DNA of 64,000 nucleotides from Stylophora pistillata (Eukaryota): NCBI RefSeq assembly GCF_002571385.2, contig NW_019217947.1, positions 221,721 to 285,720 of the forward strand, read 5' to 3'. Shown piece by piece: positions 11,801 to 24,194 of this stretch (position 1 is its first letter; each line of letters starts with the position of its first letter). The notes under the pieces were generated by a model. It saw only the letters and a program-made list of their open reading frames with translations, ran no database searches and was not told where the DNA came from. The position numbers and the translations under genes were made by a program.

Positions 11801-13539
11801 CGAAAGTCAGGCTGAGAAATGATTTAATAGACATAAAAGACAATTGATTTTACAAATTGATATTTGACGTCTTCGACAAGCAGTTTTATGACGTAAACGC
11901 TGACTTAAGACTTCTTTGTATTATTTTAGTGACCACAATCTCTCGCGTTAGTGAGAGAAGGAAATTGCGAGTCAGTAATCTTTTAAAATTATTCTTAATT
12001 GTTTTTGTCGGCTTCTTTCAGTACCTTGAATCACGCAGAGCTGTTTAGCTCAGTTGTTTAGCTCAGTTGGGAAACGGATTTCCGCCCACTCTTACATTTT
12101 CGAACCAAAACACTGCAAACCATCCTAAAAAGTGTTTGGAAACTGATTAAGGGGCATCATCGTTTACGTAGGACTGATCAATCACGCAAGACACGGCTAT
12201 TTGAAGATAGCTAAATTTGATATCTTTGGATATTCGACGCCTGGAGAGGGTTGACAGTTGAGGAATCCAACATCTAAGGATTTTTCAGAATTTGAGAACA
12301 TAACTGGGCGATTAATCAGAACAAACAGTCTTTTTTCGCTGAGGCAGTATGTCGCGGCTGTTGTTGTAATTGTTGTCGCCATTGTTGTTGTTGTTGTAAC
12401 TGATATCAGCGTTGCAACTGCTCTTGCTCCAGTTAATTTCATCAGATGGACTTGCATAAAAAGCGCAAATTGAAACAAAACGGTAAAAGTCACCTCTGAT
12501 TTTGCTCGCTCTCAATTTCAATATTTTCTGAATCTTAAACGGCACCGGCACAACGATAAAAGAAAAATGTCAGCTTTTGAGAACAAGTTATCGCTCAAAC
12601 GGCTTAAAAACAGACAGAAAGTTCCGGCAATTTGCGCACAATATAAACGTGCTCGTAAAATCTTCGTATAAAATTTGTCACAAGTCTTCTGTTAGCGCCT
12701 TTTCATTGGCACTAGTGACAGACGCCCTTTACCCTCTCTCCGGAAGGAAGCAATCTTATACCAAAGAATTTTACAGCACGTGTCTTAACATTATACTCAA
12801 AGAAATATTTTTTTAAAAGAATTCTTGTCCAAGTAGCTGTCACATTAAAATTTTTTCCTGACCAGCGAGTGTCGATAGTATTAAGTAAAAAGTTATGTGA
12901 GGTCCACTTCTTGGTGAAATAAAAATCACTAATGGCATTTCCTGAAAATTTCTAACGGGTAGAAGTTTTGATGTTTCTGATATCGCCTACTCGGAAAGGG
13001 CTTTTACAAAAATACTTCAGGCTTCAAACACGTGTTTTCGTGAGGTCGGCGTTTATAGTTCGTTTAAACTACACAATTACCTTACGTAATGACATGGATG
13101 ACGCTGGCAGTAACCTCTTCATATCATCTTAGAATGACTTCTGAGAAGAAAATATTTATACATGTATTTTATACACATATACTTGTTCTATGGAGCTCAA
13201 AGTTCAGACAATAGCCAGCTACATCTGACATAAATATCTCGCTTCTAATCTTAGTAACAGAAGGACTAAAGTTTAGGTACTCCAGAATTTCTGAATAAAA
13301 CGTGAGTTCAAAATCCACCGAGTTAGAATTCATAATAGTTGGGGAGAGAAAAGTACTCAACATCTTCGGAAATCACTCTCTGACTACAAACATCCTGTAA
13401 CGAGGGACTTAATAGTGTGGTTCCGAGATCCCCAGGTGAACTTCTAGAATCTCTTCTGCCTCACTAATCTATTCCGTTAATTACACTCCTTAGCTATAAT
13501 ACCACAACTCCACATGGGGTAAATCATACAGACAGCGGT

Positions 13540-14566
13540 TGTCACGATGGGCTGAAGCAAATGTAATATATAAGGGGTTGTTCATGAAACGACACTAGTT
13601 TGACCCTGCGTGCAAGCGTACAAACAGTTCATTGGAAGGCTCTCATCGCATCGTAAACGTTGAAGGTAAAGTCTAACCTTTTTTTTTAGCTGCCACAAAC
13701 TTATCCGTATGCCCTCGACACTTCGATGATATGTTATAAAGTAATACACTGCAAATCTCGTCTTCGTTAAAAATTTTTCTAGCATGCGTGCCAAATAAAA
13801 TTATGTTGCGGTGATCGGTGGTTGATTTTCGACAATTTTTAAAATTTTACATTTCAACAAGAAAATGGAAAAAAAAAAAACCAATTCGTTTCAGTATGAA
13901 CCGCTGTAGTTTGGGTTGACAGACTTACGCAAAACAATTGCAAAAGCTGCTAAGATGTTTTTCTACTTTTCCAAAAGGGCGGTAGCTAGGTGTACCTTTG
14001 GCCAACACGCACACATCCCTTTTTGTTTACTTTGAAAGCGAAGGGCTACTCACCGGTGTGGTTGAGTGAGTTGCTGCTCTGCTTTCTTGAGGACTTTCAC
14101 GTCAAGCGCTAAGCGCCCCTTGTTGACTTTCAAAATATCACGAGGTCGACCAAAGGGTTTTCTTTTCCCACGCTTGAATGCGGGGAACTTGTTTGCTGGC
14201 CAACTGTGGCTTAAGCCATCGTTTTGAATCCCATTTCAAGGGATTTTCTGATCTTAAATAATTTTTTTTCGCATTTATAAAGCGATTAAAAAAATATCCA
14301 ACCACAGAATTGTTAACATGATAATATCTGGATTATGTAATAAATAACTATTCGCGATTATCATTATCACAAGGAAATTGGAGATCATCGTCAACCATTT
14401 GTAGGATCACAAAGATATATTTTATCAGTTTCAAGCTATTTCGTTCGGTAAGAAGTCTGTGGATGAAACTTAGGAACTTTGATTGAAAGCCATGCACTGT
14501 GGTGATCATAAAGATCGTAAAGATCAGAGAACAGGAAAATTGAAAAGTCTGGTATGTTTCCCTCAT
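13540..14566 (-). pseudogene. Candidate decayed paralogue of the prokineticin-fold peptide genes
   Basis: Signal-like MRETYQTFQFSCSLIFTIFMITTVHG at 14566 and basic segment FKRGKRKP. LRFQSKQKGMC resembles IRYSVNKGFC. After a frameshift, SYRPFGK|GT (exon ends 13967) matches ICNPYEK|GT. LPMNCLYACTQGQTS (~13595-13640) matches LPENCL--CQQGLTC. Contains stops and frameshifts. Confidence 0.38.
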
Positions 14567-15277
14567 TAGGCTGTAGCGGCATTGTAAGAATCGTTTCTAG
14601 AGGTCAAAGGCGTTTTCATAGTCTTGAGGAAATGATCATGATCATGACGATCAACTTTTAACTTCCTTGAAGAGATTGTGCTTCTTTTTTGGAATTTGAT
14701 GACCCGATTAAGAGGAAGATTCGCCTGTCTCGGTTTCAGGCACGCTGCATACATATAAATCAGGATATCACCGCTACAGTAACGACGATAGATTCACTAC
14801 GGTAACTTGTAACTCCCATTTGGCAACTTGTAACTCAATCGACAGCAGATTAGATCACATCTGGAGCACAGCATTAACGATTTTTCAAGCAATTAATGAC
14901 CAATATTTTATGCTTTGCATTTCCTTTCATTGGAAGCTTCGCGAATCTTCACGAAACTCCAAAAAATCTTACATTCTTGAGCAGCGTCATACAGTATTTA
15001 CTTTGCAGAGCGCGTATGGTATAACCCCCCCCCCCTGCTCCTATCCCCTCAAGCTCTTCTCCCCTATTCTGAGTTTTACGCCGTTGTTCTTAACGGTCCA
15101 TGGGTATTTCTCGTTTTGCAGGGGAGGGGTGGGGGCTGTTTGGAGGGCAGAAAAAAATCATTTGATCTATTACAATAGCCATTAAGAGATACAAAGCTCG
15201 TGTTCAACACGATCTTGCCCGTTGGCAAGACTACTTGAAAGCCTGAAATATCCAGCAGGACTGGCATTAGTAGTGGC

Positions 15278-15361
15278 TTTAATGTAGTATTTAATGTAGT
15301 ATTTAATGCAGTATTTAATGTAGTATTTAATGCAGTATTTAATGCAGTATTTAATGTAGTA
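15278..15361. repeat. 12-bp minisatellite (TTTAATGYAGTA)x7
   Basis: Read directly from the sequence. Confidence 0.95.
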
Positions 15362-18300
15362 AATTTACTAAACGAATCGAGTTTTCTCTGTATCTCAATG
15401 TTTTCTGGTACCGATTTAATATTTCCCTTTTAATCATAAAGAGCGACACCGCCCTTTGCTTTAATCAAGAGACAGTAATTTATCCTGTTTTTTCATATTG
15501 GGCGCATTTTCCTAAATGCGCATTCGTACCGGCGGAAAACATATTCTAAGGAGAGCAGTCTCTGATTCCGGAATGTTCAGTTCATATCCTTTCTTTTTAT
15601 TATGTTTCAGGAGCGTTCAAAGAACTATTCCTACCTTTGATTTTTGTCGGAATACACCACCGAGTCATGTTCTTAATTTGTAGCGAAGCTATTTCACATA
15701 TCCACGCACTCATCACTCAAACATTTTTTGGCCTCATTCCCGTGCACTGAGTAGTCATATGATGTCGTCATGGTAATCTCATTGACGACTCTAGACGCGA
15801 GATTACATATCACACCTGTATTCTTACCTACTTTGTTACCTAACACATACAGTTGAACTTTCGATAGATCTTCAAGCCACTCGTTATTCAGTCACGACTA
15901 CATTTCCGTGTGCTAAAGCCAGATTTTCAAAATTACTCAACCTGTTAGTTGAAAGGCATATTAGTGATACCATGCAGTAGCAAGTTAGATTAGGAAACTT
16001 TAAACTTACCTAAATGCAGAAAATCTTAGATGTTTTTATTTTTTAAAACATTTTGATGATCTTAGCGGAAGATATCAAATCACTTTTTTCTTAATCGGAA
16101 AATGTCCTATTAATGAACTGGTTTCAGCTCTTAGCCAGTATAAAACTCTTGTTATATTTAGCGATACTTGCACGTGTTTTAAAGCCTGTTTCAAATATGA
16201 CACGAGTTTATCAACATCCTCTATATTTGTACTCGTGAGTGGTAATCAAATACAAGGCAGTCGGCTTTCCTTTGCAATAAATCGGCTTATTTCGAATGAC
16301 CTCTATCTTCATTTATTTTTATTCTTATTTTACTGGCGTGGCCGTAATACAGCTTAGAGCTGTTAGTGCTAGACCATCTAACGAATATTTCGTTATGTTC
16401 ACGATCACCAGCATTGCTCAAATCATGAAAATTCTTATCTCCTGAAATGGAGGAACAATTTAATGATGTGGGATAAAGAAACCTCAAACATTTCTATTGG
16501 AAAGTGTTCCTCTTATTCATTCAGTGAGACAGTTACTTGCTTATTTGTACCCAAACCGGACTCAACAGTCTTGTGCCACAGACAGTCGCTACCATCACCT
16601 CTTCTTATCAGAGCTTAGAAAGTTTTAGCTTAAGTGTTAATGATATGTTAATAGCAAGTCGTTGATGTTTCTTATATTACTCTAATTACGTCGTTGAATG
16701 TATCAATCATATTTAATGAATGTTATTTTTGGAACAAAACCTCTTAGAATTGGCGACCAAAGGTTCTTGAATATTCTCACCAGATTATTTTCTCTTCCTA
16801 GACAACAAACGATAGCATCAATTTCTTGCAAAAGCCAACCTTTGTTAGGTTAGGCTGGCAAAACCTTTTGTCTTCATTATTGTTTGCGCTTTTAAGCTAT
16901 GTGGCGAGAAGGGCAGGAAGTGGTGATTCGAATTTTTTTGATTGAGTAAACATGATATGTTTATAATATACGGAGCTTTCAATGCAGTTTTTTACAAGTT
17001 CAGATGCAAAAAAAAAAAAAAAAAAGGACGAGAAGCGGGGCATGCGCAATGGCAAGAGTGCTCACCTATTCAGGTGTTCTACCTGAGTTGAGTGTGTTGT
17101 TGGTTCCAATCTTTTAGTACTCAGACGGTTATTATTGTGTTATTCGGACTCAACGCGATGCCTTGTTCCCAATGAATCCTAACGATTACAGTTTCCGAGA
17201 AAATAAAGTGTTTTTATTGAAAGAAGTACCTGTAATTCCAATCTCCACTTTGCTTTATTACTGGAAATCCTCAGCTTGGGATAATATGCCATTGCTTTGG
17301 TTACTGTAATCAATTCTGTGATTGGGGAATTCACTGCCTAATGTAAATTCCCGACTACAGGTGTCCAGTTTCAACCAAATTTCCGATTACACTGTCCATT
17401 TGCAACTGTACAAAATTATTCGATGAAATGTGATAGCTATGATTAGGAGAGTGATGTGTTTTCTGTCAATGGGCAAATTAGCAGATCTCTTCAAACGCAT
17501 GATGGGTATCCTTGGGTTTCTTTGAATTTTTTTTACAACAAAATTCCAACCTTTTTAGCGATACCGAAGCGTTCTGTATTTGGTCGCCCAAATACAAGAC
17601 TTCCTTGATTTCTTTGCGGAAACGTCTGACTGGCCATATCAAGATATTTACTATTGTACCAAATCATGTAGGTCTTTTCTAGATTACGCAGGTGAGGCTG
17701 TTTCGTCAAAGCGGGGGAAGTTTCACTGACAACAAATAAGTATCATTTTAGAATTTGGCGGTTTTTTTGGGTGGTAATTCTTCTCTGTGCTGTATGCGCT
17801 GATCTGTTTTTGTTTTTGTTTTTGTTTAATCATAACTTACATTTGATGCCTTAACATCACGACAACATCTTAATAAGCAGTTTTGAAATTTTTTTTTTAA
17901 CCTAACCCTCCCTCCCACTCGCCGAAATGAAACACCTTTTCGGGGAGCTTGACGAGCTAATGAGGCTCTGCACGTGAAAAATCTTAATGATACAGAAGAC
18001 TCAAGATCAATTTCTACACTCCATGTCTGGTACAATATGAATGGTATTCATCTCATTAAAGCCTACTATTACTTTCCAGCCGTTTGACTCTTGATTTCCT
18101 ACATCTAATCAAATTGAAAAGTCCACCTTGAAAATGGACTATTTTAGAGCTATAACAAACAAATCACGTTCTCTTTCTATCACCACTTATTCACACATGT
18201 TACAAATCCTTATTCCTTGCTGCTTCTCGCTATGGGCTAGCGTGACGTTTTAGCCGTCTGTTTGAACTTCGACTCTCTTTGAGGTCGCGAATAAGCCCAT

Positions 18301-20069
18301 ACGGAGACGTTTGTATAAGCATTTAGGGATATGATATTTGAACTGTTTTTACTTATACTTGGATGGGACACAGCCTTGTCAATACCTTTTAGATTGTACG
18401 ATTATTCTAAATATAGATAACCCAATTGAAAAACTTAGACTGAAATATTACAGAGTCTCATGCAATACCTGACAAGTGGAATGGAGTTTTTATCTGCCCT
18501 TTAGCTTTTATAATATTTTGATTTAAACTGCTTTTTAAATGGCCCCAGAATTACACGAGAGGATATTTAATGCAGTTGAACATGCCGCAGATTTCCATCT
18601 TCAGCTCTTTTATTTCCCCATAGAATTCGACCAATTTCCGGTGTCATCAGAGGCCACAGACAATATAAGCATCTAATAAAGTAAATTTTTTTCAAGATAA
18701 GTTTTCAGTCTGAAGAGTGAACTGGTATAGTTGTTCTTTAATCATCCTGGTTTACGCATGAAATATCTGCTTGCTTACTTTAAAGATCTGCTTTTTTTTC
18801 TGGAAAACTGTGAATTATATCATGGGAAGTGCAAATTAACGAGTTAGCTCAGACCCTCACGCAAATCGCTCCGTAGATTTCCCCTCGAAAGATTTTGTCG
18901 GATTATGTCTTGCGCATGATCTTGTTAGGTTAACAACCACATCCTAGTGGCTTAGTTTTCTCAAACTGCTTGCTTATTCATTGGTCATAGGCTAGTTTCT
19001 AATGTTATTCCCAGCAACTACGCAGTGACTAGAATAAGTTTAGAGACGCTTTTGAGACGTCTTAAAGTCTTTATACTTCCGTTTTCAAATATTGCAATGA
19101 GATTAAAAATTCAACCAAACATTGTTAGAGCTTTATCAGTAGAAATGCTGGCAACTCTCTAGATCTCATAAGTGTGACGGTAACCTGGCTTTAACTTTTC
19201 GACGGTATATTCCAAAAACTTTCTGGACATTAAGAAGAATGAAATGGCCACCGCCTATGGGAGTGAAACAGGCGGCTAAACTTAGGACTAACATATCCAC
19301 TAAATTTTATTAGGGTAATAATATATCATTGAAATAATCGGTCTAGATAGAACATGAACGACACTTTTTAAAAAGCATTTCCGGAGTCTTAGATTACAGT
19401 AAACTTGAAATTAGTGAGTAGTAAGAGGTTTAGGAGGATAGATTTTAACAATTGACACCCTGCAGTTATTAGTAAAAGGAATATCCCTGCCCAACTCATT
19501 TCAGTGTCCTGCCGTCGGTCGTGGTTGAGTGATAACCTTGATATACCGAGAAATATTCTATGACAAAGTCCTCTAATAACTTCAAAAAGAGGGATTTTAC
19601 CACTCTTCATCAGAGGTGTGGAGGTAACCAACTTGTTAAATTTATTTGCAAGAATTGTATCGAACATCATTTAGTAAACATATCCAGTTCTATTGGCTTA
19701 CTATGGTGCAACATAAAAGGGGTTGCAAGAGCAAGTTGGTCATTGCAAAAATGGTGTTAACTTGCCAAGCTCGGATAAATCGAAAGCGAATCGATTCACG
19801 ACCATCATGTCATTCAGGGGTCTAGACTTGCTTTTCTATCATATTAAGAGACTTTACAGTCAGTAATACTCTGAGCAAGTGTTTCGCATAGATGACTCGT
19901 GAGTTTAAGTCCGAATCCTTGGAGTTGATATTTGTTGGGTGGAAACTTTTGTAGTCGAGACAGGTGGAAGATAATGCCTTTCTCTTGGCTTTGCTTAACC
20001 CCCTTGTCCAGTCCATTTTCAATGACTCAGGTCCTAACGTTTTGTATTTTGTTTACTTAACAGATAAAC

Positions 20070-23000
20070 ATGGCTAAATCAAGAATATCCTGGCTGCAAA
20101 TTCTTTGTGTAATTTTGGTTGTTGTTCTCCTTCTAGAAGCAGTTGAGAGCAGGGTAAGCGATAAAGACGTGATAGACCTCTTGTCATTTAACTGCCTCAT
20201 TAATAAATTAGTGGCAAATTCATCTCCTTCTTAAACAGTCTAACAGCTATAATTAAATGAAGAACTATTTAAAATGGGGAGTCGCATTAATCTGGAAATT
20301 GTTCATCTTACACGGCTTTAAATTGACTTCTTAGAAGACAGTGCTTGTTGTCAGATGAAAAGGGTAATTTGTCCCAGTTCCATCCAACAGATAAATATCC
20401 ACGATAACGATGGTATATGTATTAAGGCTGAGCTTTCAACGTCCTTACCTTAAAAGGAATGTTAAAGAGACATAACAGGAAAATCGATCTTCAGACTTCT
20501 TGACAGAGTTCCAAATTCTTTATGCTTAACCTTTTGCGGTTTTAATTTGGTCCTATTTAACGAATTTCACTAGATGTTTGTTAATTGGGTACTCAGCCGG
20601 CTGGCTAAATGGAATCCAAGATTACATAACTAAGCTTGTCGAGAATGAGGCTGTTGCATCGCCTAAGGGTCACCAATTGCAAACACAGGACTGTTGTTTA
20701 AGGATTTGCTGCAGACAAAATATAATGCTCAATAGCTATTGACAGGACGCCAACGTAAATAATCATCACCAGACATTTTAGCTCATTTGACTAAAATACA
20801 GAAAGTAATGAAGATATAGGCTGTTCCTTTGACATTTTTCTAAAAGAGGAGCTCGGGAGATTTCCTAACATTGAAAGACTATTCAGAGCAAATCTACAAG
20901 ACAGAGTCTCTCCAACACAAATTGATTTGATCCATGTATAAACATTTTGATTCACTGTTATGTGTAGCTTTCTGAAATTTCTCTGCCTCACTCACCGACA
21001 TTTCTCCAATCAAAAGTTCCTGGCTAAGGTTCTATTTTTTTTTTTTTTTTTTCATTTTAAGGGGGGAGGGGAGAATTTCTTGAATGCTTATCTCGATTTG
21101 CATACTTCTTGTATTCGTGATTACTTCAGGGAGTGGCGTTGTTTCTCAAGGCTTCTTTAGAGGGTCAATGTTCAAATCATTAAAAACTGAGCTTCTTATT
21201 TAAAACTAAGATTTCCGTTTAACCATCTAGACTCCATTGAAAGCGGATACGGGAAAATGCGTGGAAATTGCGTCTTAAGTTAGAAGCAATCTCAGAGTCG
21301 CAGAGAATGTTGAAGACTTCACAAGATCTAAATGTTTTTTTTAAGAATAAGACCTTCTAGATTGTTTTGCCAACTGAGGCAAGACCTAAATGCGTGATTT
21401 GCAACCGTAAGAGATGAACATTGTCACATTCCCTTTTATACGTGAATCCCCCCTCATCCCCCTCCCTCCGCGTAAAAGGAAAGGTCAATAACAAAAAACT
21501 GATTTTTTCTTAAGAGAAAGATATCTTGTCAATAAGTCTTTTACAATGAGTCTTTTACACACGGGTCTCCCCCATCCCCGCGTAAAGCAAAAAGATCGCT
21601 TTTCTTTGTATCATTCTCGTTTTAGAGAGATATCTCCTCCATGATAAAAATTGCCCTGGAGTCTTGGGCGTGAAAAGGAATTTTGAATTTTTGTTTACAA
21701 TGAAATTATCTTTGTAGAAGACTGAAAATTCGGCCTATAACCATTTTTTTGCTAGGCTATCACTCCCAAATTTTTATTAATAATTAGAATGTTTCAGAAC
21801 GTCACGGGAATAGCCGTTGTCATCAAAGGGAAACTTTCTCTACGATCTTCGTGTGACTGATCGATTTGCAGGATTACACCAGGCAGCATGCTCCCTAGGG
21901 TTTAAATATTATTCCTGCTTGAGGGATTATCCATTCACAACAACCACACTGCACTTCCGAATCTAAAGAACTAAACATTGATGCCTTAAGTTGATACAGA
22001 TGTTTTGTTGACACGGAGGTGTGCCATTTTAGCCTCTAGTTACATGTCAAATTACCAATTCCCTGCTCCAAGTGAACAAAATCAATATATATTTTGAACA
22101 ACATAGGGAAAGCTCCATTGTTTAGTCAGACTTCTCGTTTGAAACAAAATTTTAATTTGGTATACGCAAAGTATTCACTTTGCGGCATTCTATTTAGCTT
22201 GTAACATTAGGATACCAGATAACTGCCTCTCGTGTACATTTGTGCAAAATTTATAATTATCTCTTTCAATTTTAAAATTGACAAAAAGAGGAAAGATAGT
22301 AAACGAATACCAGATAACTTATATAAGTTATTAAAATTAATTCAAATAGCACTTCACCAGAATTTACGATTTTTTGGGGGGAGAGGGAGGGGAAAAATGA
22401 GGTCCAGATGTTAGGAGGTTCTCCGATTGTAAACCAAAGGAGATCGTTCATAAGATTCACTGCTTGTTAGCAGATTAACCTAGGAACAAGGCCACGTCAA
22501 AGTCGCGATGGGTGTCTGTCAGCATGGAAAATGAGATAACAGCGGAAAAATATAGAGAATTCTTTATTCTCTTTGGGTGCACTACATGGAACTAACAAGA
22601 TTAACGCTCCTAGTAGACATGGTGGTCCCAAATTATGAATTTATGCTGGGATAAAAGTAAGGTAAAGTAGATTTACTTTTCCCCCTAAGTTTCACATCCT
22701 TCTTAGCACACTTCTTATCCAAATCGTACAAATGGTAATGGAGAGTGTCCAAACTAAACCGAGAATCCTCTGAAATCTAGATTAAACCACACGTATGTCG
22801 ATTTAAACGTATGATGAGTATACGGCTACTCCAGTACGTGCGTTGTGCGTCTGATGGTCTCGGTTGGCGATGCGAATGGGGTTACTAACGGCATTAATTT
22901 TAATACAAGAGTTGTTGGAAATTCTAAACTAAAGGAAAAATGCAAACCCAGCGTTCGTATATCATAACTTCTCAGGGAGAAGTATAAGTATAATCTGTTG

Positions 23001-24194
23001 CATTCAACACAGATTATCCTTTGAATCTTCCACATATCCAGGGGGTAGTGCGTCCGATTCAACACCTGCTGGGAGACCTTTCAGATTTGCAATAATAGGC
23101 CAGCATCATAACTCTTCCCTTATTGGAAATTCATTGTATTCTTGCTTCTTGAGTTCCAATATTAGTTAATTAAGTTAAATGGGATAGACGGTCTATGTCT
23201 CCACTAGGTATTAAATATTGAGTGCTGCTGAACTGAGGAAAGCCATCATTGTCTAAAACTTCGTATGACACGAGAAACTTTATTTGAATGACTAGAGTAA
23301 AAAATATTGATATTATATAAATGCTGCTAAGCAAAACACACGATCGCATATTTGACAATGTTAAGACGCCGTTCATGCAAACAGCTTCGCATTCAAGGAT
23401 TTGGGCTGTGGACAATCAAACTATTTGTAACCACTGTAAGGTAATAAATGATCTTAATGGAGAGCTATACCTTTCAAGCAAGCGACAAGCTGCCTGTGCC
23501 CCTTCCGGCTGTGATACAAAACTTAAAATGACCGCACATAAATTCTTTCAGTAGCCTTTAATTGAAATCAGTCCTTAGAATCAAGGCGTAAGGACAAAAT
23601 ACCTTCTTGGGTTGGTTTAAAAGAATATTCGTAAGCAAGCATTACAAGTTCGCAGCAATGTAGCGAGAAATACCCCCATTGTGACTTTTTGTGTCTTCTC
23701 TTGAACTTTCAGCCATCCAAGAAAAGCAAGAAAAAGCCTCGCGTGAAGCAATGCGGAAACGAGGGTCATCTTTGCCAATCAGGTTCAAGGAAGGTAAGGA
23801 GTAGAACAATTAGCTGGAACTTGAAGGATTTTACAAACAAACACAAAAGGCAAGCAGACAAAGATTTGTGTTTGTATATTTTGCTTTACATATTCATAGA
23901 ATGAGCTGTTTAGAATAAGTGAAGTAGTCATTTACGCTGCGTACATCCAGGGGACAATTGCGAAATGAATTCATGAAGCATCGTTTGTAGTTTTACTCTT
24001 CTGCTTTATGACTTGCGCTTTCCTTCTTTTTTTTATTTTGTCAACAGCTTTGCTGCAACGCTGGTTTCACTTGTCACGTACCTACTTCCTCACCCAATAA
24101 GACGAAAAAACTCAAGAGAAGAAAAAAGTTGGGAATTTGCAAACCAGTTAAACCGCAAGAGAAAGAAATTGACGAATCCCAAAAGAAACCATAA
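20070..24194 (+). CDS. Secreted, highly cationic 6-Cys peptide precursor with an inhibitor-cystine-knot (knottin)-type framework, 103 aa, 3 coding exons
   Basis: join(20070..20153,23713..23793,24048..24194); both introns phase 0 GT-AG with strong pyrimidine tracts. Protein: MAKSRISWLQILCVILVVVLLLEAVESR|PSKKSKKKPRVKQCGNEGHLCQSGSRK|LCCNAGFTCHVPTSSPNKTKKLKRRKKLGICKPVKPQEKEIDESQKKP*. Signal peptide ends VES. Cys spacing C-6-C-7-CC-5-C-21-C. AATAAA at 24293. An acceptor just before the ATG implies a 5' UTR exon upstream. Confidence 0.82.

Noticed and set aside
12197-12551. ORFs with poly-T, poly-V or poly-N tracts
   Set aside because: Produced by an imperfect (GTT)n microsatellite at ~12355-12400; no splice or domain support.
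24048-24194. Homology to scorpion calcins via KKLKRR vs KKCKRR
   Set aside because: In calcins the motif includes Cys5; here it lies mid-loop with no Cys and the spacing differs, so it is analogy at most.
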